A stretch of DNA of 53,260 nucleotides, filler included, from Catajapyx aquilonaris (taxonomy: Eukaryota), in NCBI GenBank assembly GCA_000934665.2. It is 3 parts of 3 records of this genome, joined end to end, with 100 filler letters (N's around TTAATTAATTAA, not from the genome) between each part and the next. Parts side by side here need not be neighbours in the genome. Positions count along the whole stretch, not along the records: positions 16,654 to 36,521 come from JYFJ02007168.1; 2 more parts are not named here. One strand, 5' to 3'. Position numbers and translations under genes: made by a program. This document shows, piece after piece, positions 23,348 through 35,171 of the stretch (position 1 is the stretch's first letter; each line of letters starts with the position of its first letter). The notes below the pieces were generated by a model. The model ran no database searches. It was not told the origin of the DNA and saw nothing but the letters and a program-made list of their open reading frames with translations.

Positions 23348-25730
23348 CCTCCTCAGACCTGGAGTATCCTATAGGATACACAAGTTTAAAAAAAAAATTC
23401 CGCGGCAATGATTGATACTATCGCCTCCTGCCACCTGCTGGGCATACCTGGAAGTAATTATGATACCATCGCTCATAGTGCGTCTGAAAATCTCGCCCAT
23501 AGCTCTTTTTTTCAGCAGTGCAAGGCATGGCGAGGGTCGTTTATTGATGGACGCAGAGTGAGATTTTTATGATTATGATTTTTTTAAATGATAATGATGA
23601 ACTCGTGGGATTTTCGTCAATGCAGAATGTCCTGGGATTCGCAAGGAATTTGTATGAGGAAATACTAAAAGATGTGTCTGTGAGTACTGTGACAATCTTT
23701 GTTGCTGTAGAGAACTGGTAATAATATTTTCTTTTCTTCCTGAGACCAAATGTCCATTTAAGTGGACATCCGATTTTTTTTTAGCTGAATGGGCTGTGGC
23801 TTTTCTTTAAGCGCCTGTACCTGTACACCCATAAGGAAGTGTGCTTTGCACTATATAGGCTATAGAGTATAGTTCAGTTTTAAAATCTAGAATAGCGAGG
23901 TACCACGCTATAGGGGGTAATGAAGGGAAGGAGCATTTAGCGGTGGTCGAAAAAACACTTTTTGAAAGTGGTAATGTAATAGTGAAAGAAAGTTGTGTTG
24001 GGTGATCCTATTATGACGTGTGAAAATTATGGGTCACGTGTGTCATATGTAATGGTGTCCCCAAGGGGCATATCTGTGGTGACCTCATATCACTTCCGGG
24101 TTGTCACTCTTTTGGGTGCGGATACACTTCCTTAACCTAAACACGGAAAAGTGTGGCCCCTTTGGGTCAAAGTTTCGTTATATTTGCGATATCTTGCACC
24201 GTTTGCGAGATAAGGCCCAAAACAAAGGGCAGAAAATTACACTGTTCTACAAAAAAAAGACATTTTTCTTTTTTCTGAAGTAATGAATAGTAAATCTGAT
24301 TGTAATTCTCGCGCTGAATCCGAATCTCTGCTCAGAAGGTCAGGCACAGTTTTTGAGATATATCGTTTTAAAGTTTGGACCGGTTTACTAGGGGTCTTTC
24401 CGAATCAAGTGAGCCGAAATATGTTTACGTCATCTCGGATCTTGGTGAAAATAATCACAGATGTACAGACATATGCCATAAGGCTGCATATCAAGTTTCA
24501 GCCACATTGCGCAATACCATTGGGAGGGGGAAAATCGAGAAACTTTCAAAATGGCCATGTCTGAACAAATGACCAATGAAATGTAAAAATAAATTTTCGC
24601 TACATTTTAGAGAAAAACTAATTATATGATCGCATTCTCCTGGTGTTTCTCGTCCTTTTAATGTATATGTTAATTGGGTTTTGACTTGACCAATTCCACT
24701 AACCGAAAAATAAATCTCCAAAAAAGTCCTCATTTTCGACTATTTTCAAAGTTTCTCGATTTCTTCCTTCCCAATGGTATTGCCCAATGTGACTGAAACT
24801 TGATATGCAGCCTTATGACATATGTCTGTACATCTGTAATTATTTTCACCAAGATCGGAGATGATGTAAAGACATTTCGGCTCACTTGATTCGGAAAGAC
24901 AGCTAGTAAACCGGTCCAAACTTTAAAACGATATATCTCAAAAACTATACCTGACAGAAACATTCCGAGCAGAGATTCGGATTCAGCGCGAAAACCGCAA
25001 TAAGTTTCACAATTCACATCTTCAGAAAAAAGAAAATAAAATATTTTTTTGTAGAACAGTGTAATTTTCTGTAATTTTCTGCCCTTTGTTTTGGGCCTTA
25101 TCTCGTAAACGGTGCAAGATATCGCAAAAATAGCGTAATTGTGACCCAAAGGGCCACACTTTCCCATGTTTAGGTTAAGAAAGTGTACCCGCACCCAAAA
25201 CAGTGACAACCCGGAAGTGATGTGAGGTCACCTCAGATACGCCCCTGGGGGACCCCATTACAGATGACTCACGTGACCCATATTTTTGACACGTCATAAG
25301 GATCACCCAACACAACTTTTTTCACTATTACGCGTACATTACCACGTTCAAAAAAAGTGTTTTTTCGACCTCCCCTGGAGCCCCCATGTCTGGAGTGGTG
25401 GCGTTCAAAAATAATTTCATTTATCTTTAATTAATTGTTTTCTGAGAGGAATTGCTACCACACGAATTCCACAAATGAATTTTAAAAACATTGTTTTGAG
25501 GATAGAGCACTGTGTTAGTGATCCATTAAGTGGTATTTAAATTTTCAGCTGTCATCCGTTCTGATTTTGCAGTAGCAATTGGGTCCTAATGTTCTCATTG
25601 GTTGTTTGTTATTATTTTTGTCAATATTTTAAAACTATAATTATTTTTCTCCTTTCTTATAGGGAAAATGTTCAGAAAATTCAATAGGAACTGACATTGC
25701 GTTACTCAATTCTTCTCGGGTCTCAGGAGG
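23348..25730 (-). mobile_element. piggyBac-like element B, inverted relative of A, interrupted by a 1.4-kb palindrome
   Basis: CCTCCTCAGACC...GGGTCTCAGGAGG with flanks ATAT/ATAA. 23610-23935 and 25378-25730 are the reverse complement of 22448-23090. Confidence 0.75.
23938..25377. mobile_element. 1.4-kb palindromic non-autonomous element
   Basis: About 600-bp arms (23940-24550 vs 24745-25375) with TAG/CAG-type termini and a partial GAGC duplication. Confidence 0.85.
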
Positions 25731-26249
25731 ATAAGAAGCTTTATTGCACAAAATAATAACTATTTCTAATCTCAACATCCTGTGAGATAATGTAGCTGTA
25801 ACATCTGTCCACAGCCTTAATAACCTTTCTCTCATGATTTTACCATGTTACAACTTATCCCAAGGAAGTTGTTACAACCGTCCCCATTGCTTGTTGTCTT
25901 GTAGATATGCTTACTAGGCTACTATTTAACTGATTTGGTCATCCATGGTTGGTGTGACCTCACTAAAGGACCCTTTCTCATGATATCAAGGGCAATTCAA
26001 GTCAATAACACTTCTAACCCCCCCCCNCCATAATCACTTAATTACTGCCACTCAAAAACCATAATAATTATACCTTGATTTTGTTTATTATTGGCGATGT
26101 TACAACTGTACCCTGTTACAACCGCCCCCGATCTCCCATACTTGAATTTCAAGTTTTTACAGCGATCTCTTTGAAAATTAAGTTCGGGACTTCTAGAAGA
26201 GGGAAATTGTTCAAACATATTCACAGTGTTTTGCATGAACGTGTCAGTA

Positions 26250-26440
26250 CAGTTGAATCCGGATATAACAGACTTCAAGGGACCACAGAAATCAGTTTAT
26301 CACCAAGGTCTGTTATAGCCGAATACACAAACCATATATGGAAGTTTGACGGGACCGGCCTTTCGAGTATGTTATAACCGAAAGTCTGTTATAGCCGAGG
26401 CTACAACTAACGATGCTACAACTAACGATGCTACAACTGA
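26250..26440. mobile_element. Tigger-like fragment ending in a 15-bp tandem repeat
   Basis: TA-CAGTTGAATCCGGATATAAC, repeated GTTATA(G/A)CCGA, then (CTACAACTAACGATG) about 2.6 times. Confidence 0.55.
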
Positions 26441-26681
26441 TCATTATTCAATATTTCTTTGACTATACACCTTCAGATTACGGAAAACAAATCTCTGCAA
26501 TCACATGATTAATCCCTGAAATTGACTGAATCTAATAATACTGCAGTGTAATTTCATCAAAATATTTGCACATAATATTATAATGCATGCAGAGAGGGAG
26601 AGGGAGGAGGGAGAGAGAGAGAGAGCCACTGAATAATGCCTAAATTTGGAAACTTCTTGATGTGACATGATTTGCTTACAG

Positions 26682-26794
26682 TATCAGCCAAGGAGGAGGA
26701 AGCCTCCAAAGACAATGGCTACCATAACTTCAGATTCTGAAATTCCTGGGACCTCTGGTTTGTCGTCTTCTTACCTCGAACCCAGATGTCAGCG
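26682..26794 (+). CDS. SoxE: SoxE, HMG basic tail exon
   Basis: gcttacag acceptor, phase 0. Encodes YQPRRRKPPKT...RCQ. CG|GTAAGA donor. Confidence 0.92.
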
Positions 26795-27402
26795 GTAAGA
26801 ATAAACTTTTTTGTTGCAAACATTCACATGCAGCCTATAACTGTCTTGCATTACCTTACTCAACAAAATAGCGAAGGCAAGCAAGGCGCCTCCCAATAAC
26901 TGAAACCTTAATTTACCCTTGTTTCATGTTTGGCTGTGATGCACACATGGTTATTAATTATTTATAATTACTGGTACTGGTACCACAAGTTTAGCATAGC
27001 CATCCATAGACTCAGAAAAGTCAGTGGCTGAAGCAAAAGAGGTAACTTCAGTGGTTGACCAGCCTGGAACTTGTAATTAGCAATATTTCAAGGATGATAA
27101 TAATTATAATATGTCTATAGTCTGCAGCACTGCCCAAGTTCACAGTTCAATAGGAGGGTAAGGGTAAGAAGTCATGTTGTACACTCCAGATAAGCAATCC
27201 ATTGTAAGCAACAATCAGGGCCACAGCATTAATATTATTTATTGGCCATTGTGTTGCTTCTCCTTCTATTGTTGATTGTTTGAGTAATAATTCCTCAACT
27301 TCTGCTCACCTTTCATCATTTAACTGTGGACTTGGTCAGTACAACGTAATGACTTGGTCAGTCAGGTATGATCTACATACTTGTATTCACTTATTTGAAC
27401 AG

Positions 27403-27609
27403 GATTGGAGGTGTTCTGCTTGCATCATCCGAGGTTACTTCAAGTGCACCACCAACAGGTGGTCCTCCAACTCCCCCCAAAACCCCACAGCAACAGCAGC
27501 AACAGCAACAGCCACATCCACAACAGCAACATCACCACCAGCATCAGCATATGCAACAATTGCAGCATCTTGGAAGGCAGCCATCATTTGCTGAGTCCTT
27601 CGCTGCCCG
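27403..27609 (+). CDS. SoxE: SoxE, GPPTPP.TP and Q/H-rich exon
   Basis: Phase 2 join. GPPTPPKTP matches the SoxE GPPTPPTTP motif. CG|GTAAGT donor. Confidence 0.88.
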
Positions 27610-27874
27610 GTAAGTGGTGATGCCTTCACTGAGTCTAGTGATTATTTTTTATGGGTTAAGTCTCACTACTACTGACTGACCTTACACCACATGATCGTAA
27701 TCATGTGGCATAATGTCAGTCAGTTAATGAATACATGGTCTGTACCACAAAATTTTTATTTTATTTTATTTTACTTTTCACTCTAACTTACAATATATTC
27801 ACTTTATGTTTATATCCACCTTAAGTCGATCACTGCAACACTCAGGCTATTTTATGATTTGTTTGGACCAACAG

Positions 27875-28171
27875 GATGAAGCCAATGGACATGTCCAATT
27901 CTGAGCTGAATTGCCGCTCCAGCATCCCAGTGAGCATCTCAGGAGCCGGTCCCAGTGCCTCCATGGCTGTCGGAGGCTGTATGGTACCAATGGCTTCACC
28001 CAGCAACGTTGCTAACATGTCCAGCAGTGTGGCACAAGACTGCAACTTCGCAAAGATGCACCATCATCATCACCACCACCACTCCCACCACCGTGATCCA
28101 CAAGTCTCATTGGGAGAACAATTGAGCGACACCATGCTCGCACCTGGGAAAGGATTTTACAGGTACCACAG
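27875..28171 (+). CDS. SoxE: SoxE, Ser/His-rich exon
   Basis: Phase 2 join into MKPMDMS...HHHHHHHH. Two in-frame donors are possible, after 28162 or 28171. Confidence 0.75.
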
Positions 28172-28238
28172 GTAGATCCACAACACTACTCATCCGTAGA
28201 CAATATGTCATTTAACCCATTCTTTTGCTCTGAACCAG

Positions 28239-28545
28239 TCCGGCTGCTCACTATCAGTTTGGACCTGCTGAGAGTAGCGGAGTGTTCCGTGAAGACCCAA
28301 ACTTCTGTCGCCAGAGCTTCCGAGCTCCTGCTCCTCCACTCTACAATGCAGCTATTGGGGAACCATCGGCCCCTCCGCCGCCGCCACCACCACCACCAAC
28401 AGCCTTTACAAACCTCCGACCCCAGTTTGGCCAAGATCTCCTGGGCCCAGCACCTTCTACTCCTGCATCAGCCCCGCAGTTTGGCTCACCAGGATTCTTC
28501 TACGGACCACAGGGAGTCAGTCCTTATTATGTGGCACCTCGATAA
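28239..28545 (+). CDS. SoxE: SoxE, terminal Pro-rich exon
   Basis: gaaccag acceptor, phase 2. Encodes PAAHYQFG...FREDPNF...PPPPPPPPP...YYVAPR then TAA. Confidence 0.75.
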
Positions 28546-29290
28546 TATTCAAAGAATATTTTTGGCAATTTTGAGCTTGAAATGCTAAACAGTCCAGACA
28601 CAGATTGACCATTTTTCTAAGCCAATAATTACTGAAATTAATACTTTGATGTCATCTGGTTTACTAGGGGAAAACTGGGCATTTAATGAAATTGGGCAGT
28701 AATTTAATGTTATGATCATGCCAACAGTGCCGCAATGTGGAAAACTTCCTTCAAAGAGTTTAGAAATGTGTTTTTTGGATGTTCATGCTTTCATACTTCA
28801 CGGAGTTTGTATCTGGTTGTATCAAGGCAAATTAGGGAAAATCTCTAGTTATGGCTATACACTATATTGGGGATAAGCAATACATAATTGGAGATTTCTC
28901 CTTAATATGAATTGGTACAACCAGCCCTTAGTCTAGCTGTGTAATTGCACCTTATTTATACAGAATCCAGAGGCTGATTATTTCCTCCCTAAGCATGCTG
29001 GAGGTCAGTCATGTGATGAAAAAATATTGTGGTTGTACAACGTGCATATGCATGACAATGTTTTGTGTTAACAGGTCACTTTGCATTGCACGAGATGAAA
29101 GTATTAACTGAAGATTTTTTTACGTGGAGAAAGAGTCTTTTTCAAACAACGATAATGTTCAAGGGTTGACAAAGATACCCCAGTTCCAAAAAATGGAAGG
29201 AAAATGTATTTTAGTTTGATAGTGTACTTCCCCTGTGAAATCTCCAATTATATTATTGAAAAATAATTCACTCTCTAATATACCCAACAC

Positions 29291-29429
29291 TTTAGGGTAT
29301 ATAGTCTGGTGACCCGGGGTAGCTTGCCCCCTGGGGTAACTGGTTGTTGACTGCTATCCTTTTACATATGCTGCCATGGTGATTGCCCCCGGGATAGCTT
29401 ACCCGGGGTCACCAGACTATATACCTAAA
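29291..29429. repeat. Small hairpin/MITE
   Basis: GGTATATAGTCTGGTGACCC pairs with GGGTCACCAGACTATATACC. Confidence 0.7.
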
Positions 29430-29579
29430 TTGCTATTCCTTGACAATTAAGATTTGTTGCAGAAAATGTATAAGATATGGTATTTCAAAATCTTAATGAT
29501 ATACCTACAGTACCGGTACTGTACCTGGTGTGCCCGTAAATTATACGCATAAATTATATTTATATGTACGTATACAGGG

Positions 29580-29928
29580 CAGGGGTTGGACAAATAATAG
29601 GAACACCTTCAAAAAGCGGTTGAAACTTCGCGTCTGTTTTATTCGAAAACTGGATATGTTACAAAGATGTCTGTTGCCGGGTTATGAAGCTCAGTCGATG
29701 TATATTTGTCACGGTATGCAGATGAAGCAAAAATCACTAGAGGGGGAGAGAAACAAAGGACGAACGACACCCCTACCTCTCCCCCCTCCCTCTACCCTCT
29801 CCCCCCGCCCCATTTTAGACCAGCAGCCTTGTCATTTGAAAACGAACACAGTTATGGATATGAATTTACTGGGTTTTGAACCTATATCGATGTCATCCAT
29901 AATCACGCGAGGGGGCTGGGGAAAAAAG

Positions 29929-29970
<42 letters not shown>

Positions 29971-30552
29971 NTCCCCCTCCCTGGCACTGATTTAAAGAAT
30001 AGGATGAGTGTACCATGGGTTGACGAAAAATAATTGATTTTTAAGCCATCTGTATCCACAAAGTGACGTCAATAAAGCTTCAAACCCCAGTAAAGATATT
30101 CCTGCAACGGTTTTGGTTTTCTAATTAAATATTACTCCTATAAGCAGTGCTGGGGAGGGGGGGGGGTGTCATTTCTCTTTTTATTCCCTGCCCCCTCGCG
30201 CAATATTGGTCCATCTGTATGAACTAACAAACTGACATCAAGAGAGCTTCAAACCCCAGTCAAGTTCATATCCACCATAAGCCATAACTCTTTGTTTTCA
30301 AATGAGAAGGCTCAAGGCTGGAACACTTTGGTCAAAAATGGGGCCTGAGGGGGTGTCGTTAGTCTTTTGTTTCTCTCCCTCGATCCTGGATATTTTGTCA
30401 TTTGCATACCTCGACAACTGTACATCGACAGAGTTTCAAAACTCTGTAAAAGTCATCTTTGTAACTTTTCCAGTTTTCGAATAAAACAGACGCGAAATTT
30501 CAACCTCATTCTGCAGGTGTTCCTATTTTGTCCAGATTTTGTCCAACCCCTG
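29580..30552. mobile_element. Tc1-type non-autonomous element
   Basis: CAGGGGTTGGACAAA...GGAACACC...TTCGCGTCTGTTTTATTCGAAAACTGGA is inverted at 30468-30552. Contains a (CT)n run at about 29932-29970. Confidence 0.75.
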
Positions 30553-33107
30553 CACGCCTTGTGAAAAAGCCTCACAATATTTAATAAACAATAATCAGAG
30601 GTAACAAAGGGAAATGTTTCTTACAGAATTATTTACAAATAGTACCTTAATATGATTCATTAAACTTTAAAAGGCAGCTGCAAAAAAGTGCCAGTAGTAT
30701 ATTTTTCTATATTTTAGGGAGATTGGTGTATGTTTCATTAATTTAATTGGAGATGTCATCTCATAGGTTACGTTCAGTGAAGAAAGTCATCCTGCAAAAT
30801 AATATAATCAATGGGATTATTTCCAATTAAGAAAACTCACACATGACAATAATTTTTACACTGGGTGTTCCCTTACTTTTCTTTAGTGACGTGGCACACG
30901 CTCTTAGCTCTCTTGAACTTGCAATTTCTTTTTGTAGGGAGAACTAAACAATCGAAGACTGGTGTAGAATAACGATGTAACTATAATGACCGGTCCTGTT
31001 AGTTACAACATTATTATACACAAGTCGTCTATCAGTGTTGAAGCCATTTAAGAGGGAGATTGTTTCTCATTTTTAAGGTAGACATAATAATATCTTGGGT
31101 ACTTTTTACACACTGTATCACCTAATAGCCCTGTTACTGACATCTGTAATTTTGCACTTAAAGAAATTCTAGGTTGCCACAACAAAGTTTTTCAGTTGAC
31201 TTTGACCCAACCAAAAGTTTGGGTGTGACTAAACATTTTTGGATGTAACCAAAACTGATGTAAAATGGGTTGCCATTAATAATAGTACTGGTACAGTTTG
31301 AACAGCTGGTAGTCCAGCAACCAAATCCACATGGTCACCTCAACCAAGCTAGTATTTTCAATGTGCTGTTTAAACCATATCCAATATCACATCCAATAAC
31401 AATAACATTTTGACTTGGCCTCAATATAAAACTCAACTATAATTACATAGCAATGTATCTCTCTGTTCTTGCACTTCCTTCAAGCCCTGCATTTCACAAT
31501 GGCTTCCACCTGGGTAATCCTACAATTGAAATCCTATCCCGTGTCCTATCCTTATGATTTTTGTTTTCAACAAGTGTCACTAATGTTCCAAATGTTATTT
31601 TGTTGCCAAGATGTAAGATTGTGAGATATATGAAAATTGTTGAACTGACAGTGCACACCCTGATTAACAAAAATAATTATTGAAATAATGTTCCACTGCA
31701 AATGTTTCTTACATTTAGCAATTTTTGTCAGTTAGGGTGTGAGATTGTGAAGCACAATGTAAGACGTAACTTATTTACATTTGGAAATAAAAATGAGTGC
31801 CTTAGGAAGGCTGACTTGAGTAATAGTGTGAAAATCATGCATTTTGAAATGTGTCTTTTTAAAGGAGTACGCACAAACGTGAGTAACCCATATAGGTTGT
31901 GTTAAATGATTGCTGTGTAGTTGTTAATATATTCAGCAGTATGATGGGAACTACAAGACAGTGTAGACAGGGTATTTTCAAATGAGAAAGGATTTGTTTG
32001 AGAATTATTTCAATAAATCGCTTTCATAACTCATTAGTTTCATTATCACCTACCCCTTTTCAGCCAGTACCTTACATTACTGTTCATGAGAAAGGAGTAA
32101 AGGCAGATGGAGTTGGAGAAGAATGATCAAAAGACATAGGGGGCCCTCCGTCTTTGACATCAATTTGCACGAAATTAATGATTGTTTAGCTGCAGGCATG
32201 AAAAGAGGGGGAGGGGCCCCATTGTTTTCTTCCCATCCTGATGTATGATTTTAGGTGCTTGAACATTTCATGTGGCAACTACAATATCTTCTTGACGAAG
32301 GACATTTTTTCTTCGTCTTCCAGTGAGTATAGATCGGTCAACATAAGAACGCATCCATCCAAATCCTGGCGTAAAATTCGACATACTGTATTTCCTTGGT
32401 TATCATTGAGAATACTACCACACGCCTCTCTGGCTTTCTTGTAGCGCAAATCCCAGTTTACGTTGTGTAATACCACAAATAAGGGAGTTTTATTGATACA
32501 GAGTAATCTTTGGACACGAAGAACAATTACTAAGACACCAGACGCTATATTTGCAGGGACGGATCAGAGTACTATACTCATCATAACTGAAGGCATCATC
32601 AACGACATGGAGATGACCATGGAGGTACAATATGATGTTGTCGGAGAGTTCCACGTCACCCTCTTGCGTCTCGCATTCAGACCTGGATCTTCCAGGTCGT
32701 CGATCCAAAGAAACAGGTTCGTTATCAGCATAATTAATTCACAAATTGACTCATCTTTCTACAGAATTGGTATACGAATGGAATTTCACACCAACAAGCG
32801 GAAATTAATTATATATTTCCTCATAGGATTATTCTCTCCATCGGATATGTTTGTCCGACCTGATAGTCTCGCTATCTCTCGCACGACCTGAGAGTGGCGG
32901 GAGTGTGCGCCATCTGTGCCTGTAGAACAGTATACTATACGTGATAAATCGGCGGGGCATCTCATTAAATTGGTTAATTGTCACTGTGATACTGATTATA
33001 ATAGGTTTTGCCCAGCAATTTTGGCAACGGGTTTATGATACGAGGTATGGCAGTTGACTTATTATGAGAGTACATAATAATTATGATCCAGCAATTTGTG
33101 CTTCCAG

Positions 33108-33552
33108 GGTAAATCAGGGTTGACACACTCGGTATGGTGCACCTGACGCACTTCAATCTACAGCCCAAGTACTCTTTCTTGGATTACGTCAGAGGCGGTA
33201 CACAGATCACCTGCACCTTTGCCATCGATTTTACATGTTAGTGACTGAAATCTTTTCTTCCCAGGGAGACATTTTGCTGATAACTGATCTGTGTTGTTGT
33301 TGTTTATCAGCATCGAATGGCGATCCGTTGGAGTCAGCATCTTTGCAATATAGCCTATCCAGGACTACGATTCGGACAAGCTCTTCCCGGGTGCTTGGCT
33401 TCGATGCCCGGATACCACCGGACAGATGGGTGAACCACGAGTTCTTCGTCAACATGAACCCATACTGCGACAGGATCCAAGGAGTTCTCAAGGCCTACAG
33501 ACTCTGCATCAGGCAGATCAAGCTGCACGGGCCTACAAACTTCTCTCCAGTC
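33108..33552 (+). pseudogene. Copine (C2/VWA) gene fragment, decayed
   Basis: [22 protein letters not shown] | intron 33237-33310 (GTTAGT...TTATCAG) | SNGDP..SASLQY, then a deletion/frameshift, [11 protein letters not shown], another frameshift, and [10 protein letters not shown]...[29 protein letters not shown]. Confidence 0.88.
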
Positions 33553-33777
33553 GGCCCCCGTAAAATAACCCGTGGATATTTATTTATTTGCGGACGTCGT
33601 CGGTACAATCGAAATCTCCTCTCGATGACGGGGGCAATGTCACCCTCCTCCAACCTCTAGTTTGACCGCAATTAATCCCCAAATGTCACCATAACACGTC
33701 TGGATCCACTTCCTTATACAGCCAATAGCCGCTCTCCCAGCTATTTGCGTAAGTATATACCGGCTACCCACTTCCTA

Positions 33778-33813
33778 CCAACCAACCAACCAACCAACCA
33801 ACCAACCAACCAA
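33778..33813 (+). repeat. (CCAA)n microsatellite
   Basis: About 9 tandem CCAA units. Confidence 0.95.
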
Positions 33814-33913
33814 GGCGCCTAGTTCGTGTTTCTCCAGATTAATGTCGCGTTTCGCCACAAAAAAATGAAGTTCTCTCAAAAATGCGCCTACCGTATTAAA
33901 AATACGGTAACAA

Positions 33914-34258
33914 GGGGAGGTGTGGTGGCCGAGATGGTAACGTCTCGGCTTGCTGAGTGAAAGGTCCCAGGTTCGATCCCCGCCTGGGAGTTCCCTTTCA
34001 CCTGCGTCAGGAGGGTCTCTGACCTGCACCAAGGAGGTGTCTGGCAACCTAACCTCTTGGGGAACAGCAACATGACCCCATATCAGCCATTGCATTTGCA
34101 CCTATGTTCCCTCCCCCCAAAAATCCCCATCCTTACCCCATGTCCTTTCAACCTTACACTGGAGTTAGAAGAAAAATCAGAAAACTGAAGGAAAATGGTA
34201 GTATTCCACCCCCATATAAGGGCCTCTGGCCCTATCACGGGATAGCGTAAAAATAAAT
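33914..34258 (+). mobile_element. tRNA-derived SINE, family 1, full length
   Basis: A box TGGCCGAGATGG, B box GGTTCGATCCC, A-rich tail, 14-bp TSD AAATACGGTAACAA. Confidence 0.92.
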
Positions 34259-35171
34259 AAATACGGTAACAATACCCATAAACGAGGCATGAGGTGTCTG
34301 AACTCGACTGCAGCTCCGACTTGCAGTGACCACTGACCCTCCTGCTGAAAGTGATGACCCTGTCACAGCCAGGTACGGGAGGCAGCAAGCCCCCAAACCA
34401 GGAGAAATAAACGCAGGGAGAAACGTACTGTCACCTGAACACTACGACACTATTCAACTCCCAACGAAACAATCAACTTAAAATCTGAGCAACATTTTGG
34501 CCAACTTGACTGGGAATGACCACTACATTATGAGGATTTTGGTTTTTTTGACGGCCCCGAGGTCAAAAACAGATCCCAGACAAAATTAACGGTCATTATG
34601 AGTTACGAGTGACCAAGGGAACATGAAAATAGCGATGAATTCCCAAGGACAAAATAATATCGTGTTGCATAGTGATAATTATTACTTCAGTGCTTACGGT
34701 TCCAATATCTCAGTGGTGACGTTCTCGACCAGCGTGGGCTTCCATCTGTCCACTGTTATCTATCTTCACCAGCAACCCTCTGCCATACTTTTTGAATGAC
34801 CAGATAAGGAGAATTTTGTGATTGTGACATTACTAATGTGCTAAGGCGTGTTAATGACATGCATAATTGAAGGGGTCGGTGCAATACTGCCCTAACCCTC
34901 CCAAACCTGATTTTGAGAAAACTGAAGTTGAAAGTTTGAGATGACCCATAAATCACATTTTCCATAGGACAATTTTCATATCTCCCCCAATATACAAGGC
35001 ACTAATAAGAGATATTTATGTGCTATTATGATGATGCACCACCCGCTCTAAGAATGAACAAACTAAGGTGGCCACGTGTGAAAAAAGGGGTTAGGGCAGT
35101 ATTGCACCCAACTTGTAAGGCGAACTAAATTTTGGTCATGAACGTATCACAAGCTTCACTAGTTAGTTTAG

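Larger units (their letters stand above)
22284..26138. mobile_element. pogo-like TIR element nested in the foldback arm
   Basis: AGATCGGGG(T/G)CGGTTGTAACA inverted at about 22291 and 26134. TA on both flanks, and the host sequence is contiguous across the insertion. Confidence 0.65.
21151..26245. mobile_element. Foldback-like element with tandem-unit arms; right arm split by nested insertions
   Basis: Three direct units plus tail (21190-21880), then inverted tail plus unit (21940-22283). The inverted unit resumes at 26139-26245 after an insertion flanked by TA. Confidence 0.75.

Noticed and set aside
24101..25209. Pairs of similar ORFs on opposite strands (also 4112-4458, 10987-11349, 48027-48339)
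   Set aside because: Mirror readings of palindromic MITE arms, not genes.
33914..33990. tRNA gene call for the SINE heads
   Set aside because: A and B boxes are present but there is no convincing acceptor stem, and the heads are embedded in TSD-flanked SINE bodies.
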